This document shows positions 1-12,926 of a DNA stretch of 64,000 bases, piece by piece (positions within the stretch are counted from its first letter, which is position 1; every line of letters begins with the position of its first letter). The notes under the pieces are model-generated. The model was given only the letters and a program-made list of their open reading frames with translations, ran no database searches and was not told where the DNA came from. The translations under genes were made by a program, and so were the position numbers. Origin of the DNA: Felis catus (taxonomy: Eukaryota). Where the stretch lies: positions 137,206,001 to 137,270,000 of the forward strand of contig NC_058370.1 in the NCBI RefSeq assembly GCF_018350175.1, in the 5' to 3' direction.

Positions 1-1361
1 TAGAAAATGTCCAGGTTTGGGATTTTGAACCCAGAGAACTAGGCCCTGGGCCTGACTCCATCATTCCATATCCTTGAGACCTGGCATGGGTCCCCGTGGA
101 ACGCTGAGATTCGGTTATCTCACCGACGGAAAGGGGATAATTCTCGCTCTGCGTTCCACAAAGCCTCACCAGGAAGACCACTTGGGTGCGTGGAAAGTTA
201 ACAACTGTTTTGTCACCCAGAAGTGCCGAGCGGTTCGGAGCCCCACTCCTGCTGGGAGGAAAGGAAGGGATCCGGGAGCCCCGATCTACGCCCGTCATGG
301 AGGTGCTCTGGGTGTCAGATTCCCCGGGGGAAGTTTAGACATAGGACTCTTGTGGGCCCGGTCTACATTACACACACCACACCTGGCACAGAGTGAGCCT
401 TCAGTAGTCATCAACTACCTGACAACTTTGGTCTGTGCCAGGCTGAGAATGAAGACGAAGACAGTCTTCCTCTCCCGGAGGCCAGTTTGGATTTCCCACA
501 CGGGAGCCATGGCAGTGCTCAGCTCCCTGGACCTCATCGCCCCTCCCCCGGCCTCCGCAGGCCTCTCCTGAAACGCACACTTTCCTGGTGCAGCACTTCG
601 TGCACCGGATCCCAGATGTTCAGGGGAGGGTCCTGGAGGAGAGGAGATGTCCGCTCTGCACACGCTCACAGTCATTGGCCAAAACCGGACAACGATACCA
701 AGGATCCCTCAGGAGCACCTACCGTGGTCTTAAGGTCGGGTGACAGAGGTTACAAAGTGGACACCACTGCTTCTGGGACCTACCCTGTCCCAGCGTGAGG
801 GTTCTTCTGTTGGTATCTTTTCTCACGCAGAAGAAGAGGAGCAAGCTGTACCTTCCTGCATTGCCCGGGTTTATTAAAAACAAACTTGAAGAACTCAGAT
901 TTGAGAATTCAGGAGAAAATATACATGTCTCAGATTCCATTTAAAAGATTGTGTTGACCTAAGGCCTTGGGCCTTCACAGTCAGGCTTGATGTCTGATAA
1001 CGATTTCCTAACATATCCACTGACATTGGGCTCTTTGCTAAGATCGGTAGTCAACAGGTGAGCTGAGCAGGGCTCCACTGAGGGCGCCCCAAAGCTCCCT
1101 GCAGGGACCTGACAGGAGTGTCCTCCAGCTCAGCTGGGGCCTGAGATCTGGGGCTCCGGCGTGAAGCCCCGAGCCTACATTCCGATTCGTTTATATGATC
1201 TTATCTGGAGCTTTCGGGGTGTGCATGTGCTGTGTGTGAGTAATGATTTGTATCCGTGCACGCATGTGAGCACACACCCTCCTGTGAGGAAATGAATGTG
1301 CTTCGTTTCCTGTTGTTATTATTAGAAACGGCTCAGAGGAGTTCACAAAAGGAAGGCAGCA

Positions 1362-1579
1362 GGGCCACCTGGGTGGCTTAGTTGGTTGAGCGTCCGACTT
1401 CGGCTCAGGTCATGATCCCACGGTTCCTGGGTTCGAGCCCCGCGTCGGGCTCTGTGCTGACAGCTCGGAGACGGGAGCCTGCTTCCGATTCTGTGTCTCC
1501 CTCTCTCTCTGCCCCTCCCCCATTCATGCTCTGTCTCTCTCCCTCTCGAAAATAAAAATAAACATTAAAAATGTTTAAA
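1362..1579 (+). mobile_element. CAN-SINE (SINEC_Fc family)
   Basis: tRNA-like head, (CT)n, A-rich tail; perfect TSD aaaaggaaggcagca at 1347-1361 and 1580-1594. Confidence 0.95.
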
Positions 1580-2685
1580 AAAAGGAAGGCAGCATTGCAG
1601 AACTTTCTATGCCATCATCATTTACCAGAATGTGCTATATTACATAATTTTGAAAATATTATGTAAATTATGTATTACAAATTTGCATTGTAAGATTCAG
1701 GATAAACGTTTGTTAAACATTGGCTGTCTATGTGTTTATACGTGTGGTATACATATGTATAATAGGTGCTAATTATTTATAACTGCCTTGATCTTTTCTA
1801 ACTTATTTGTAATTTCTTGTGCATCAGGGCAAATTCACATATATTTGGGAATGTTTTAAATGCACAATGCTTATTAAATTGCTATAAGTGTGTTCAATGC
1901 AACACCAGGCTTACACAGATATGCATCTGCACACTTCACAATTTATATTGAACACACAAGAGCAAGTTCTATAAAAACACAATTATGTGTATTCACACAT
2001 CATTTATTCAAAAGCTCTGAAGAACGTTGTTTATCACATAAGTGAATTTTTCAGATCACTGAACCTTAATATTTCAAGCAGGAGCATTTAATTTTGAATA
2101 CGTGCAAGGAAATCTTCTGTAGTTCACTCCCTTGAGTTGTCAGGAAGCTGATGCGGACCATAGTAATAACGATGACAATAAAACAAGAATGTTACCATAG
2201 ATTATCGTCTACATGGCAGGCACTTTGCACACACTTACTATGTTAGAGAATCCCAGAGACTGGAAAACTGAGTACGCTCATCCGTTGCTTGAGCAAAGCA
2301 TCTTAGAGAACTGAGTAACACGATCAAGTCCTAAAACTTGAAGAGGTAGGGTTAATACTCAAAGTGATGTCTTGCTGTCTGAAAATTGTCTTCCCAGAAC
2401 ATCATCTGCCCTAGCCCCCGTGGTTTCTACAGGTTGTTACCCAGGACGGGTGTGCGCCTGTGGCCTCCTCTGAAGCTGAGTATCCACTGACCTGCCTCCT
2501 GCCACGTATGAATTTCTGTCGAATTCGTCCCAGTTCTCAATTTTGTTTCTTGCGATATGCTCTGTCCTGGTCAATCAGAAAAGCTGGTGTGATGAAAATG
2601 ACAAGGTAAAGCTTCTCTGGTAGTCAAACATATGTGCTGGCTTTAATATATATATTTTAGATAGAAATATATATTATATTGAAAT

Positions 2686-2693
2686 TATATATA

Positions 2694-2741
<48 letters not shown>
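2686..2741. repeat. (TA)n/(TG)n compound microsatellite
   Basis: directly visible dinucleotide runs. Confidence 0.95.
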
Positions 2742-2742
<1 letters not shown>

Positions 2743-3605
2743 CTAAGTAACTATATTACTTGGTTGCTTAGTTACTTAGTTGGTTAGTTTCTGTTTTCCT
2801 GGCAACGAACCTGTTGGGAAAGTTGTCTGGAAAGCCAGCAGAGTTTTCTCTGTGTGTATATTCACCTGCTAGCAGTATTTTCTTGAAGAGACATATGTAG
2901 AAGGAACTACAAATCCAGGATGACGCTAAAAGCTCAGCAGGATGTACTCCTAGAAACACGTAAGAAATACCATAGGTCAGTTGGAGTTTCTCCAAAATAT
3001 GTTCCCTTAACAAACTCCTCTCCAAATCGTGTTAGACCTTTAGGAGAGGCAATGTGTTAATAAAGACAGCAGGCTTTCTCCTCCAATGTCCTCTTTGAAG
3101 GGATTTGTGCAAAGTGCTACAGATAATATTAGGACTTGATGTACAATTTTTTTCCAAAACCGGTTTGGCTTTTGCGACATTGTATGAGAGAAGAATCAAA
3201 TCTCTCGTTTCTTTGTAGCATATAATTATAACAAGATAGTCAACGAAAAGAGAAGCCCTCGAGAAAGGAAAGTCATTCCATAAAGTTGGAGGATTTGGTA
3301 GGTTATGAAAGAAAACTGGCTCAGGTTCACAGGTTATTAGAAAATTCTAAGAGCCCCTGCTAGCAAAACGTGTGACATGTTCTTCATACACAGATGGGCA
3401 GCGTGAAACATGAAATAAGGTTTAAGAGCTCACTGATGAAAAGGGTAGGGACATCACAAAACTCACTTTAATTAAAGATGGAATTTGAGTGTATGGTGAA
3501 GGGTGTGGCCGTGTAAAGGGATTCACAACCTCAGTGCGGTGACACCAGAGCTCTGTGTTTTCTCTCTAGAAGAATTTCAATTTTTTTTTTTTAATTTAGT
3601 GCTTG

Positions 3606-3780
3606 GCGTGCGACTTGGGCTCAGGTCATGATCTCGCGGGTCGTGGGTTCGAGCCCCACGTCGGACTCTGTGCTGACGACTCGGGGCTGGAGCCTGCTTC
3701 GGATTCCGTGTCTCCCTGTCTGTGTCTCGTGCTCTGTCTGTCTCTGTTTCTCAAAAATAAGTAAACATTCAAAAAAAAAT
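3606..3780 (+). mobile_element. 5'-truncated CAN-SINE
   Basis: starts at gcgtgcgacttgggctcagg with no A-box head; imperfect TSD ttttaatttagtgcttg / ttttaacttagtccttg. Confidence 0.9.
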
Positions 3781-4889
3781 TTTTAACTTAGTCCTTGCAT
3801 TCATGTATTAAAATAATAAAAATTAGACACAGGTCTGTTCCTTTTCATCGCTTTATTGGTTCTAAAATTGCTTTCCATTATCAAAATTTATTCTGGTAGA
3901 AGAGTAAAATTCTAAAAATCCGTGAAAAAAATAACAGGCTCAGCCCGTCCACCTACATTTCTTTTCACTGCCGCCTCTGGAAGGAATCCTAGCAATATTT
4001 TCCAGATCGTATCAAGATCAATAAAGGTCAAAACAATTAAGTAGAAAAACAGTGGTGCAGTTTTGTGTTTCGACTTTGATCCTGAGGAACTTGACAGACT
4101 CTGGCCTCTTTCTCCCCCTCCAGCACTAGCTGTCAGCGTCACCTGGGGTGCAGAGGTGACACTCCTAGAATTTGGGGTTACCACTGCCACCTGCCCTTCC
4201 TGCATCGTCTCCAACAGAACCACGCCGCCCTCCCTGTCTCCTCTGAGGGCACACGTCAGCTGCCACGCTGTCCTTTGCACTGGGAGACCTGTTCCCCCCA
4301 CGCCCTCCTCCCTCCCCCCCCTCCACTGCTTCTCCCCTCCCTTCTTGGGGTGACAATGCCAGGCAGAGTTTCCTGTTCTAGATGACTTACGAGAGAAGCC
4401 TTCAACAGGTTTATCTGGGCTGACCCTTTATTGCAAGCCTTCTTGTCTGCTATCTAATTAATACTAATAGTTTAATTTGCATATGAATCCCAGTTTACTA
4501 ACACTGATAAACTAGTGAAGTTGAGATCATTGGAGTTTAATCAGTGATCAATGGTTAAGGTAGCAAAGGTACCTCCATGATGCTGATGTCGTGGGCCAGC
4601 CTGGCGGGCTGTCTGTGTCCCAGGTGTCTCAGAGAGAGCTCGGACCCCCAGAGAGGGTACGGACCCCGTGATCAAGAGAGGACATGAACGTTGCCAGCAG
4701 TCCCACAGTGTTGAGTGGCGGGGGGGGGGGGGGGTCTCCAGTGTGGGCCCCCCTGCCCACGGCTTGTTTCTCTCCATGCACCTGGTTCCCTCACTAAAAT
4801 CTTTCTCCTTAATAAATACATAAGTTCCCAGTACTTTTTATTAAAATGTATTGATTGAGTGATTCTTTTTTCTTTTATTTACGATGATG

Positions 4890-5672
4890 TTATTTTTTCA
4901 AGAGCAGTTTTAGGCTCCCAGCAATGTTGAGCGGAAGGTACGGAAGGTTCTCACACCCCTGCCCCCACACGTGCACAGCCTCCCCTCCCCCACTATCCAC
5001 ACCCCACCCCCACCCCACCCCCGGACCAGAGAGCACATTTGCTGCAACTAAGGAACCTACACTCACTCGTCACAAACACCCCAAGTCCAGAGTTGACATT
5101 AGGTTTCACTCTTGGTGCAGTCCGTTCTGTGGGTTTGGACAAATGGATGATGACACGCATCCACCGTTACAGCATCAGACACAGTAGTTTCGTGGCCCCT
5201 AAGCTCCTCTGTGCTCTGTGTGTTCATCCCTCTGCTCCCCAACCCCCCTGCCCACTGCTCGTATTGTCTCCATAATGTTACTTTTTCCAGAACGTCATAT
5301 AGTGAGAATCATACTGTGTGCGGCCTTTTCAGACTCGATTCTTTTTTTTTTATGTTTATTTATTTTTGAGAGAGAGAGAGAGAGAGAGAGACAGAGCGTG
5401 AGCAGGGGAAGGTCAGAGACAGAGGGAGACACAGAATCCGAAGCGGGCTCCAGGCTCTGGGCTGTCAGCACAGAGCCCGACGCGGGGCTCAAACTCACGG
5501 ACCTCGAGATCATGACATGAGCCGAAGTCGGAGTCTCAACCGACGGAGCCGCCCAGACACCCCCAGATTCAATTCTTCCACTTAAGAAAATGCACTTGGA
5601 TGTTACCCATGTCTTTTCATGGCGTGAGGGCTCATTGCTTTTCAGAGTTGAATAATATTCCATTCTGAATGG
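4890..5672 (-). mobile_element. old L1 3' UTR fragment (L1MC1/L1MC2-like), split by a SINE
   Basis: resembles L1MC 3' end (gagcagttttagg...ttcactcttggtg...ttttccagaacgtcatatag...gaataatattccatt). Confidence 0.8.
5344..5563 (-). mobile_element. CAN-SINE inserted into L1MC
   Basis: reverse SINEC with (GA)n; TSD cagactcgattctt / cagattcaattctt. Confidence 0.95.
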
Positions 5673-6430
5673 AGATGCCTTGATTTTGATACCCGCACAA
5701 GAAGCTGTGCCTTCCAGGAAGCTTTCCTCAGGTCGGTTCTGAGTCATTTCTTCCCCACGAGGTAACAAGTTGCTCACAGTGTGATCCTTTCGCATCAGGG
5801 ATTCGGGAGATGAAATAATTATGCTCACACAATAAGGAATCTGTCCCAAACTTGTCTCTTTTCCTTCTGGATATTAAGTTGCCCAGGAAGTAGAATACCT
5901 GTGATGAGTGTGTACCGTCTCATTGACAAGATTAAACAAACGACCGTGTATTTGGCTCTGGAAATACTTCACTTTGTTGAAACTTGGCACCTGGGATGAT
6001 GCGGCAGCGTTCCGCCTCAAAAACAGGGATGCTTCGAGGAGCTTCCCTGAGTTCTGCTAATTCTAATGAGGGACCTCCTAGAGGTTTTGGTTGAATTTAT
6101 TCATGCAAACCGGTTGTCTGGTCTAATTACTTCGGAACTCTGAAGACAAAGGTCAGGAAACAAATTTGATGGGAGATGGATGTGGAAAAATATCTCCAAA
6201 ATTTTTGAAAACTCTACATAAACTTTTTTAATACGTGTCTTGTGAATTTCAACCTAAAAAAAACACAGGTAACTCATTTATGGGCATCTCAATTCACAAA
6301 CCTCTTCCTATTTGAACATATTAAACTATAGAACATATGGTAAGGTGTTAATTATATATAGTTTGCGGGAGCCTATTTTATGTGTATACTTGCACAAAAT
6401 ACCGTATCATTCAAAGGCTTCCATGATATT

Positions 6431-6649
6431 AAAATTTTTTTTTCAACGTTTATTTATTTTTTTTGGGACAGAGAGAGACAGAGCATGAACGGGGGAGGGG
6501 CAGAGAGAGAGGGAGACACAGAATCGGAAACAGGCTCCAGGCTCCGAGCCATCAGCCCAGAGCCTGACGCGGGGCTCGAACTCACGGACCGTGAGATTGT
6601 GACCTGGCTGAAGTTGGACACTTAACCGACTGCGCCACCCAGGCGCCCC
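6431..6649 (-). mobile_element. young SINEC_Fc
   Basis: young-type diagnostic motifs (gtggcgcagtcgg, cagccaggtcac, gggctgatggc); perfect 18-bp TSD aaaggcttccatgatatt. Confidence 0.95.
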
Positions 6650-6756
6650 AAAGGCTTCCATGATATTGAACAGAGTTGTTACAACGTCTCAAACGTTCTC
6701 ATTTGCAGGCAAAATACCGTAATATACCAGGCTATTTAACCTACTTAAATACCCAG

Positions 6757-7200
6757 ATGCTGGAATCAGGGAAACCTGGATTCAAGCCCTGGTTATTCTG
6801 TTTCTACTGGGAGGTCATAGACAGTTCACTTAGTTTCTTCAGTTTTTCCACCCTAAAATCAGTTTTAGTTATTCTAAAATGGCTTAATAAAAGCACATAC
6901 CTCCCGGGCCCTCGGTGGCTCAGTCAGTCAAACATCTGACTCTTGAAGTCAGCTCAGGTCATGATCTCAGGGTTCATGGTATGGAGCCCCACATCAGGCT
7001 CTGTGCTGACAGTGTGGAGGCTGCTTGGGATTCTCTCTCCCTCTCTCCCCACCCTCTGCTCACTCTCGCTCTCTCTCAAAATAAATAAATAAACTTTTGA
7101 AAAAATTTTTATAAAGATTTAAAATAAATACCTGCCTGCATTGTTGTGGAGACAAAGTGAAGTGATATTTTTATCACTTTTTGCACAGGATCTAGCCAAA
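6757..7200 (+). mobile_element. MIR remnant interrupted by a SINE
   Basis: degenerate MIR-like segments on both sides of the 6906 SINE. Confidence 0.5.
6906..7105 (+). mobile_element. CAN-SINE (older subfamily)
   Basis: ggtggctcagtc...gactcttga...aggtcatgatctc...ctgcttgggattctctc, (AAAT)n tail. Confidence 0.9.
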
Positions 7201-8020
7201 AATTACGTTCTTAAACTACGTCAGTTCTCAACATCATCATCTTCAGTTGCATCGTCATCCACATCATCATCACCTTTTTCTAACATTCTTTGACCTTGTG
7301 GTTTGTGTAAATCAGCTTTATTATTTACTATAACTATCCTATAAATTATATTTTAGAAGTCTGACTTGATTTTTAGTATTTAAATACTAAAAAATATTAA
7401 ATATTAAAATATTTTTTATTGAAAAAAATATCAGAAGTAGAGTAAACATTTGACCAACATTGATCTGAGTATTTTTTAGATGCTCTGAACTTGGGAGATG
7501 CATAAAAAATATTGGATTGAGCTGGAGCGTGTCTACCCTTCTGTGTAATCTCGCTGTCTAGTTCATCTGCAGAATGTTGGCATAAATGTGCAGTCTACAC
7601 AGCATGCTTGACGGACGGAGGAAGGCACAAAGGCTTCTCTGAACGCTTTCTGTTTTGATTTAGTTCCCTTTGTATTAGAAAGTAAGTTTATCCTTAATAA
7701 CTGATGATTCAAAATGTCATTCTCATTTGGCTGTGAATTCTTAGTTTGCCTCCACTATACAACGTTCAACAATGAGAGAGATTGGTGAGTAATATTTCTG
7801 TTTGTTCATAGTAATGAAAGAGCTGTTCTGATAATTTAAATATTATGGTTTTTAGGGAACTCAAGGATTCACATTCCTGCAATGACTAGTAACAGACTTA
7901 TCTAAACAAACTTGGAAAACTTGGATCAGAATTGATCACTTAGATGTCGCCGGACCGAAAAAAAATGATCCAGTTAGAAAATAAACAATTAGTACGAATG
8001 TGTTTATTTTCTAACCGGCT

Positions 8021-8022
<2 letters not shown>

Positions 8023-8065
<43 letters not shown>

Positions 8066-8070
8066 CACAC
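8023..8070. repeat. (CA)n microsatellite
   Basis: directly visible. Confidence 0.95.
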
Positions 8071-8099
8071 GAATTTTAGATAGATTCAGGTTTTCAGTT

Positions 8100-8420
8100 C
8101 ATAGAAGTCACAAAAGAAATGTAAAAGGAATTAGATAAATGTGGGTACACTCTCTTTATGAAAATCTAAACTCAAGTATCATTAAAAAATCACAAGAAGG
8201 AAAGATTACCGGTTGATGACATAGTATTTAAGAGTGATTTCTTCAAAATTCAAAGGAAACTAAGAGACAACTAATCAGCATGTATTTGTCAGAAAATAAA
8301 GAAGAAAAGGTTTACAATGATCAAAACACACCTTGGTGACTAGGTAACACATTATAGCCCCAAACTTAGGAAGAAAAGAAAAGACAGGAACTATGTATAA
8401 AATCAAAAAACCCAAATAGG
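8100..8420 (+). mobile_element. degenerate L1 (L1ME-like) ORF2-region fragment
   Basis: A-rich sequence resembling the old L1 ORF2 3' half; heavily decayed. Confidence 0.4.
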
Positions 8421-8949
8421 CTATTAGCCCTGCCTCCTACATTTCCAGTTCACCTGCTCCTGTACCCTGACACAAATCACCGTCACCCACCCCCTCTTTA
8501 CAGTCCCCAGAACCCAGAAGCACAGTGTCCCTTGTCCACTGTCCCTTGTCCACAGTGCGGACATCCCCTCCCTTGCAGTGACACCCACCCTCTTAAGCTT
8601 CCAGTCAACCCCCCGACCTTCTCTCTTTCGGGCACACCCAGGACCAGCCCCGAGGAAACGCCGCCGGTGACAATCCAGTGGCCGTATGTGCTTGGAGAAA
8701 CACCACACTGGACAGCCTGATGGCCACCTGCGAGCGTGACGTCCGGCCCCACCCAGGCCCTCAATCCTGCCACCACATTGCGAATCGGTAGGCCAGTCGT
8801 CTTCCACCCGCCTGCTGTTCTCCTGTCCTCTCTACCCGCTGGCCCCTTCTCGGCTGCTAGCCCTGCTGTGATTTGTAGGCAGGAAGGGGGTTCCTCTGAG
8901 CCCCGTCACCTCTGCACGGTGTCTCCTGGTGAGAGGATGGGCGTTCCTG

Positions 8950-10560
8950 TCCCTGTTCACAGCCAAAGTCTACATTTGCGTAAGAGGTCCTGCCACCTCT
9001 GGGCTTCTCAGGGACCAGCTCCTTCGAGCATGCCTCCACCAGGGAACCTTTCTGACCCACGACTTCTATCATGCTGAAGCTCCCCCTTGCCCCCAGACTT
9101 CGTTACCTACTACCCGCTTTTCAGCTCCACTTTATGGCAAAGCTCCCGAAAACACTTCCTGTCATTTCTCTGTCTTTCCGTTTTCTTCTGGTGTCTCCTG
9201 CCTCGCTCCGACTTCCCCCCCAGCAGCCCTGCGGGGCTTGCAGTGACCGTGACCTGACCGCTGTGGCTCAAAGGCCGAAGGTTAAGGTTCAGTCCTTCTC
9301 CTGGTTGGCAAGTAGCTTTGGGAATCCGTCACTGGCAGCCTCTGATGACCTTTCTTTTTCTTTCCTTTCAAGGAAAGTGCTCTGCCCACTGTGTCCCTTC
9401 CTCCCCGGCCCTTTCTATGGACCGGTGCTCCCTTCTTCCTAATCTCCCCATATCCCTGGGCCCCAGTTCTCAGCCCCAGGCTCCTGTCCTTCTTGTCTCC
9501 CTGCTCCTTCCCCAGGAGAGCACCCCCAGCCCCCAGCCCCAGGCCCCCGCTCTGGGGAAGGCTCCCAAATGCACGCCCTAACCACGACCTTCACTCTGCA
9601 CACTCCTGTGTCTCCTGCCTGCCCGGCATCTCCAACCAGCTGCCTAAGGGGCCTTGCAAACCACTTTCAGGATCAGGCCTGGGACCCCCTCACGCTCTCC
9701 CAGCCCCTCCGTGGCCAGTGGCTAGACTGCAGCTGGCGGGGGGGGGGGCGCTGCCCGAGATCCTCCTCCTTGTCTCCCCCTCCTCATCTGGGAAGCCCGT
9801 CCCAGGGGCTCTGCTTTCAAAATGTACCAAAATTGGACCTTTGCACACTCTTGTTAGTGCTTTTCTTCAGGTCTCATCTCCACCAGTTATAGGTGCGAGA
9901 ATGTTCCGGAAATCCACCTTCTCTGCTTCCCCACCACCCTCCGATTCAGTAAGCGGCACGGAACCACAAATGCTGGGTTCGTTTCCATCGTCGCATGAAA
10001 CTTGCCTCGTCAGCTTCAAACGATGGCTACTCTTCACCTGCTGTCGTTTGAGAGCTGGGAGCCCAGGCGGGCCTTGCCGGGCGGTGAGGGGGCCGTCCAG
10101 TGGCCTCAGAACTGCGTGGCCAGAGGCTGAAGCTCACTCAGGTTGTCTCACACACCTCACTGTCTCACCAGCTGTCAGACTGAGGGCTCGGCCCCCACCA
10201 CATGAGCATCTGCACCGGGCTGGGGAGTGTCCTCAGCACCTATCGGCTTGCTTCCCTCCCAGGGAGCCATCGAGCACCAGAGCGAACTCAGCAGGGAGGA
10301 CACCATGTTTCACAACATGATATCGGACGTGAAGTGTACTTTTCTGAACTCTATCACGGACAGGTGAACTGCGGCCCAGTGGGGGAGGGGACAAGAGAGT
10401 GGACGTGGGGACGTGGGGATCTCCGGGGGCCACCTTGGAGGTTAGCTAGTCGGATGTCTTTCTAAAGAAGTCAGGCCATTTTTCCTCTGCTCGAAGGGTA
10501 GCCGATGGTTTCCTCTTTCAAACAGAATGAAAGAGTAGGAGTCTTCCCAGGGACCCTCTC
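8950..10560 (+). mobile_element. L2 fragment interrupted by an MLT1 LTR
   Basis: pyrimidine-rich L2-like motifs (ggctcccaaat, ctgcctgcccggcatctcc, ctgctttcaaaatgt); similarity resumes at about 10450 (tctttctaaag...cctctgctcgaa). Confidence 0.55.
9990..10450 (-). mobile_element. ERVL-MaLR LTR (MLT1F/G/H-like)
   Basis: aagctcactca...ccacatgagcatctgcacc...gagtgtcctcag...ggggatctccgggggccaccttggagg resembles antisense MLT1. Confidence 0.55.
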
Positions 10561-12566
10561 ATTTACCCACTCCTCTGTGCTCAACATCCCCCCGTCCTCC
10601 AACAAGAAAAGAAAGAAGGAGACCAACAAAACCCAGATCCCTCCCAAGTTAAGGGCGTAGGTGAGACAGAGCCAGGGAACTGATTCTCTGGAAGCGTCTT
10701 CAGAATCCCACTAAGCCCACACAGCAGAGCAAGGAGCCCGTGTCGTGGAGACAAGAGGAAACTGGCCTGAGGTCCAAACTCACTCTCTGTCCGGTGAGAC
10801 CCGGGCAAGTTCACCTCCACCTGTGCCGTCGTTAGCAGGGAGATCTTGAGAATGCAGCTGGTGCTCCCTGGTGACAGCTGTCCTCCATGACCCTGGAAGC
10901 CGGAAAGACACACGGATGCTCTGCCTTTGGAAACCAAGCAAGCCCCGAGACAGCCGTGAGGGAAGCCTACGTCAGGGAAACAGGAGATTGTCCTCACCCT
11001 TCCCAGGCCAGTGGAGGCTCGCTCGTCCTCGGGATGGACGTGCAGGAACACGAACCACGCGCCTGCTTTACGAAGGGAGGTCTCTCCACATCTGTTTTTT
11101 CAGTCACCCATCCATCTTCTGAGCTCCTCCCGGAAGCCCTGGATTCTGGAAATGTACAGACTTGTAAAGATGACCTGAAACATGTGTCCTTTGTGCCTCC
11201 GTGAGGGGCACACGCTCGCAAACGTCACGACCTGTTCGTTGGTTGTTTAACATAAAATGCTGTACCGTCTGCAACCAAACTTTACCTTAAACTTACAGCC
11301 ATGAACACAAAACTTTACAAAAACTCTACTTGTATCCCTTAAAACGATGCGTTTTTGCTTGTGCACCAGTGACGCTCTGACTCTGTCATTTCAGGCACAG
11401 GATGGGCCAACTTCCAAAGCTTTCCCAGAGGCTTCTGGGTGTATTGCAGCTTTTAAGTACTGTTCAAAGTTCAGTGGTGCTGTTCATTAAAATCTTATTT
11501 ACCCTTGAAAATAGTTTATAAAGGCCAATTCTGCTGGGCTGTTCTTGAGAAAAATATGTGAAATGCGTGGTAATAAATTAACGATGCGTTTGGTTCGCGA
11601 AACACTCGGAAGATGTGTATCCAAATGTGATGACTTCTTCAAAGTGATCATCTTGGGTGAAAAAAATTATTTCTTTTGAGTATGGTCTCAGGAAATTGAG
11701 AATTATGTTAGAACTCTAGCTCTCCCTGTTAATGAGTTTAGGAACATTATATATACATCTTGGGTCACGGTAGCTCATCCATCAAAGAGGACAGTTCATG
11801 GCTGCTCCAGGGACAGTGCACAGCCACGTAGGGGCAGAGGCAGGGAGGCGCATGGGTCCCCCAGGGTCATGGTAGGATTAGAGGCAGGTGCAGGACCCAT
11901 TTTCCCTGCCGCTGCAGTAACACCTCAAAAAGGAGCTCATCTGCCCAACACCACTCTGCATCTGTCTCCTCCTGCTGAATTCAGCCGGAAATACATGGCT
12001 TGTGGGACCAGAAAAGATTTCCGCACCTACATATTTCTACCTCCTGTTTTGAAATGTTCTCTTCCTGAACTCTTACCTCCACATCTGACCCCCATCCCTA
12101 TCCATTGCTTTCCTTTGGTTTGCCATTCTTGGGATGTTTCCTCCCAGGTTAGGTGTTGACTTTCCTGCCACCCACTCCCTTGTCCCCACCCCTTCCTCCA
12201 CAATGCGTCCTGTGAATTCAGAAGAGGTCTCATACTTCAGGTCCTGCCCCTGGCTCCTGTCTGGTCCAGCCAGTCCCCGGACTCTGAAGGAGGAGGTGAA
12301 TGTTAAGAAAAACAGCCTTTGCAAATACCATGTGTCTTTAGAAAATTTGCAGCATTCATTTATAATCATATTTGTATAATGAGATTGTTAGGGAAATAAT
12401 ATGTGCGTGTATAGACACGTTATTTTTTTAAGTGGAATTCTTTTTTCTTGTCATGTAAAGCCTCACGAAAAAGCAATTTTAGAAGCTGATAAGTTTGAGA
12501 TATTTCTGAAGAACACAAAAAAGAAGAAATTCTTTAATTTCTCTTTAGAACACTAAACTGTCTTTG

Positions 12567-12760
12567 NNNNNNNNNNNNNNNNNNNNNNNNNNNNNNNNNN
12601 NNNNNNNNNNNNNNNNNNNNNNNNNNNNNNNNNNNNNNNNNNNNNNNNNNNNNNNNNNNNNNNNNNNNNNNNNNNNNNNNNNNNNNNNNNNNNNNNNNNN
12701 NNNNNNNNNNNNNNNNNNNNNNNNNNNNNNNNNNNNNNNNNNNNNNNNNNNNNNNNNNNN
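12567..12760. other. assembly gap (194 N)
   Basis: N run. Confidence 1.
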
Positions 12761-12880
12761 AAGTGCCTTCGACATAAGGGCAGCCAAATGGTGTTGGCTC
12801 ACACATAATGCCTTATTTTAAAACTGTCATTTATTTGCTAAAATATGTGGGCTATGAACACCTGTCCTTTTTGGTGACAT

Positions 12881-12881
12881 T

Positions 12882-12920
<39 letters not shown>

Positions 12921-12926
12921 TTATTT
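12881..12926. repeat. (TTTA)n microsatellite
   Basis: directly visible. Confidence 0.9.

Noticed and set aside
8527-8554. Two-copy micro-duplications (tgtcccttgtccac here; tagcaa(c/t)ccgtgg near 43506-43531)
   Set aside because: Ordinary slippage duplications with no sign of function
9391-10320. 309-aa ORF, longest in the window
   Set aside because: Lies across decayed L2 and MLT1 sequence; Pro/Ser-rich low-information peptide with no recognisable domain
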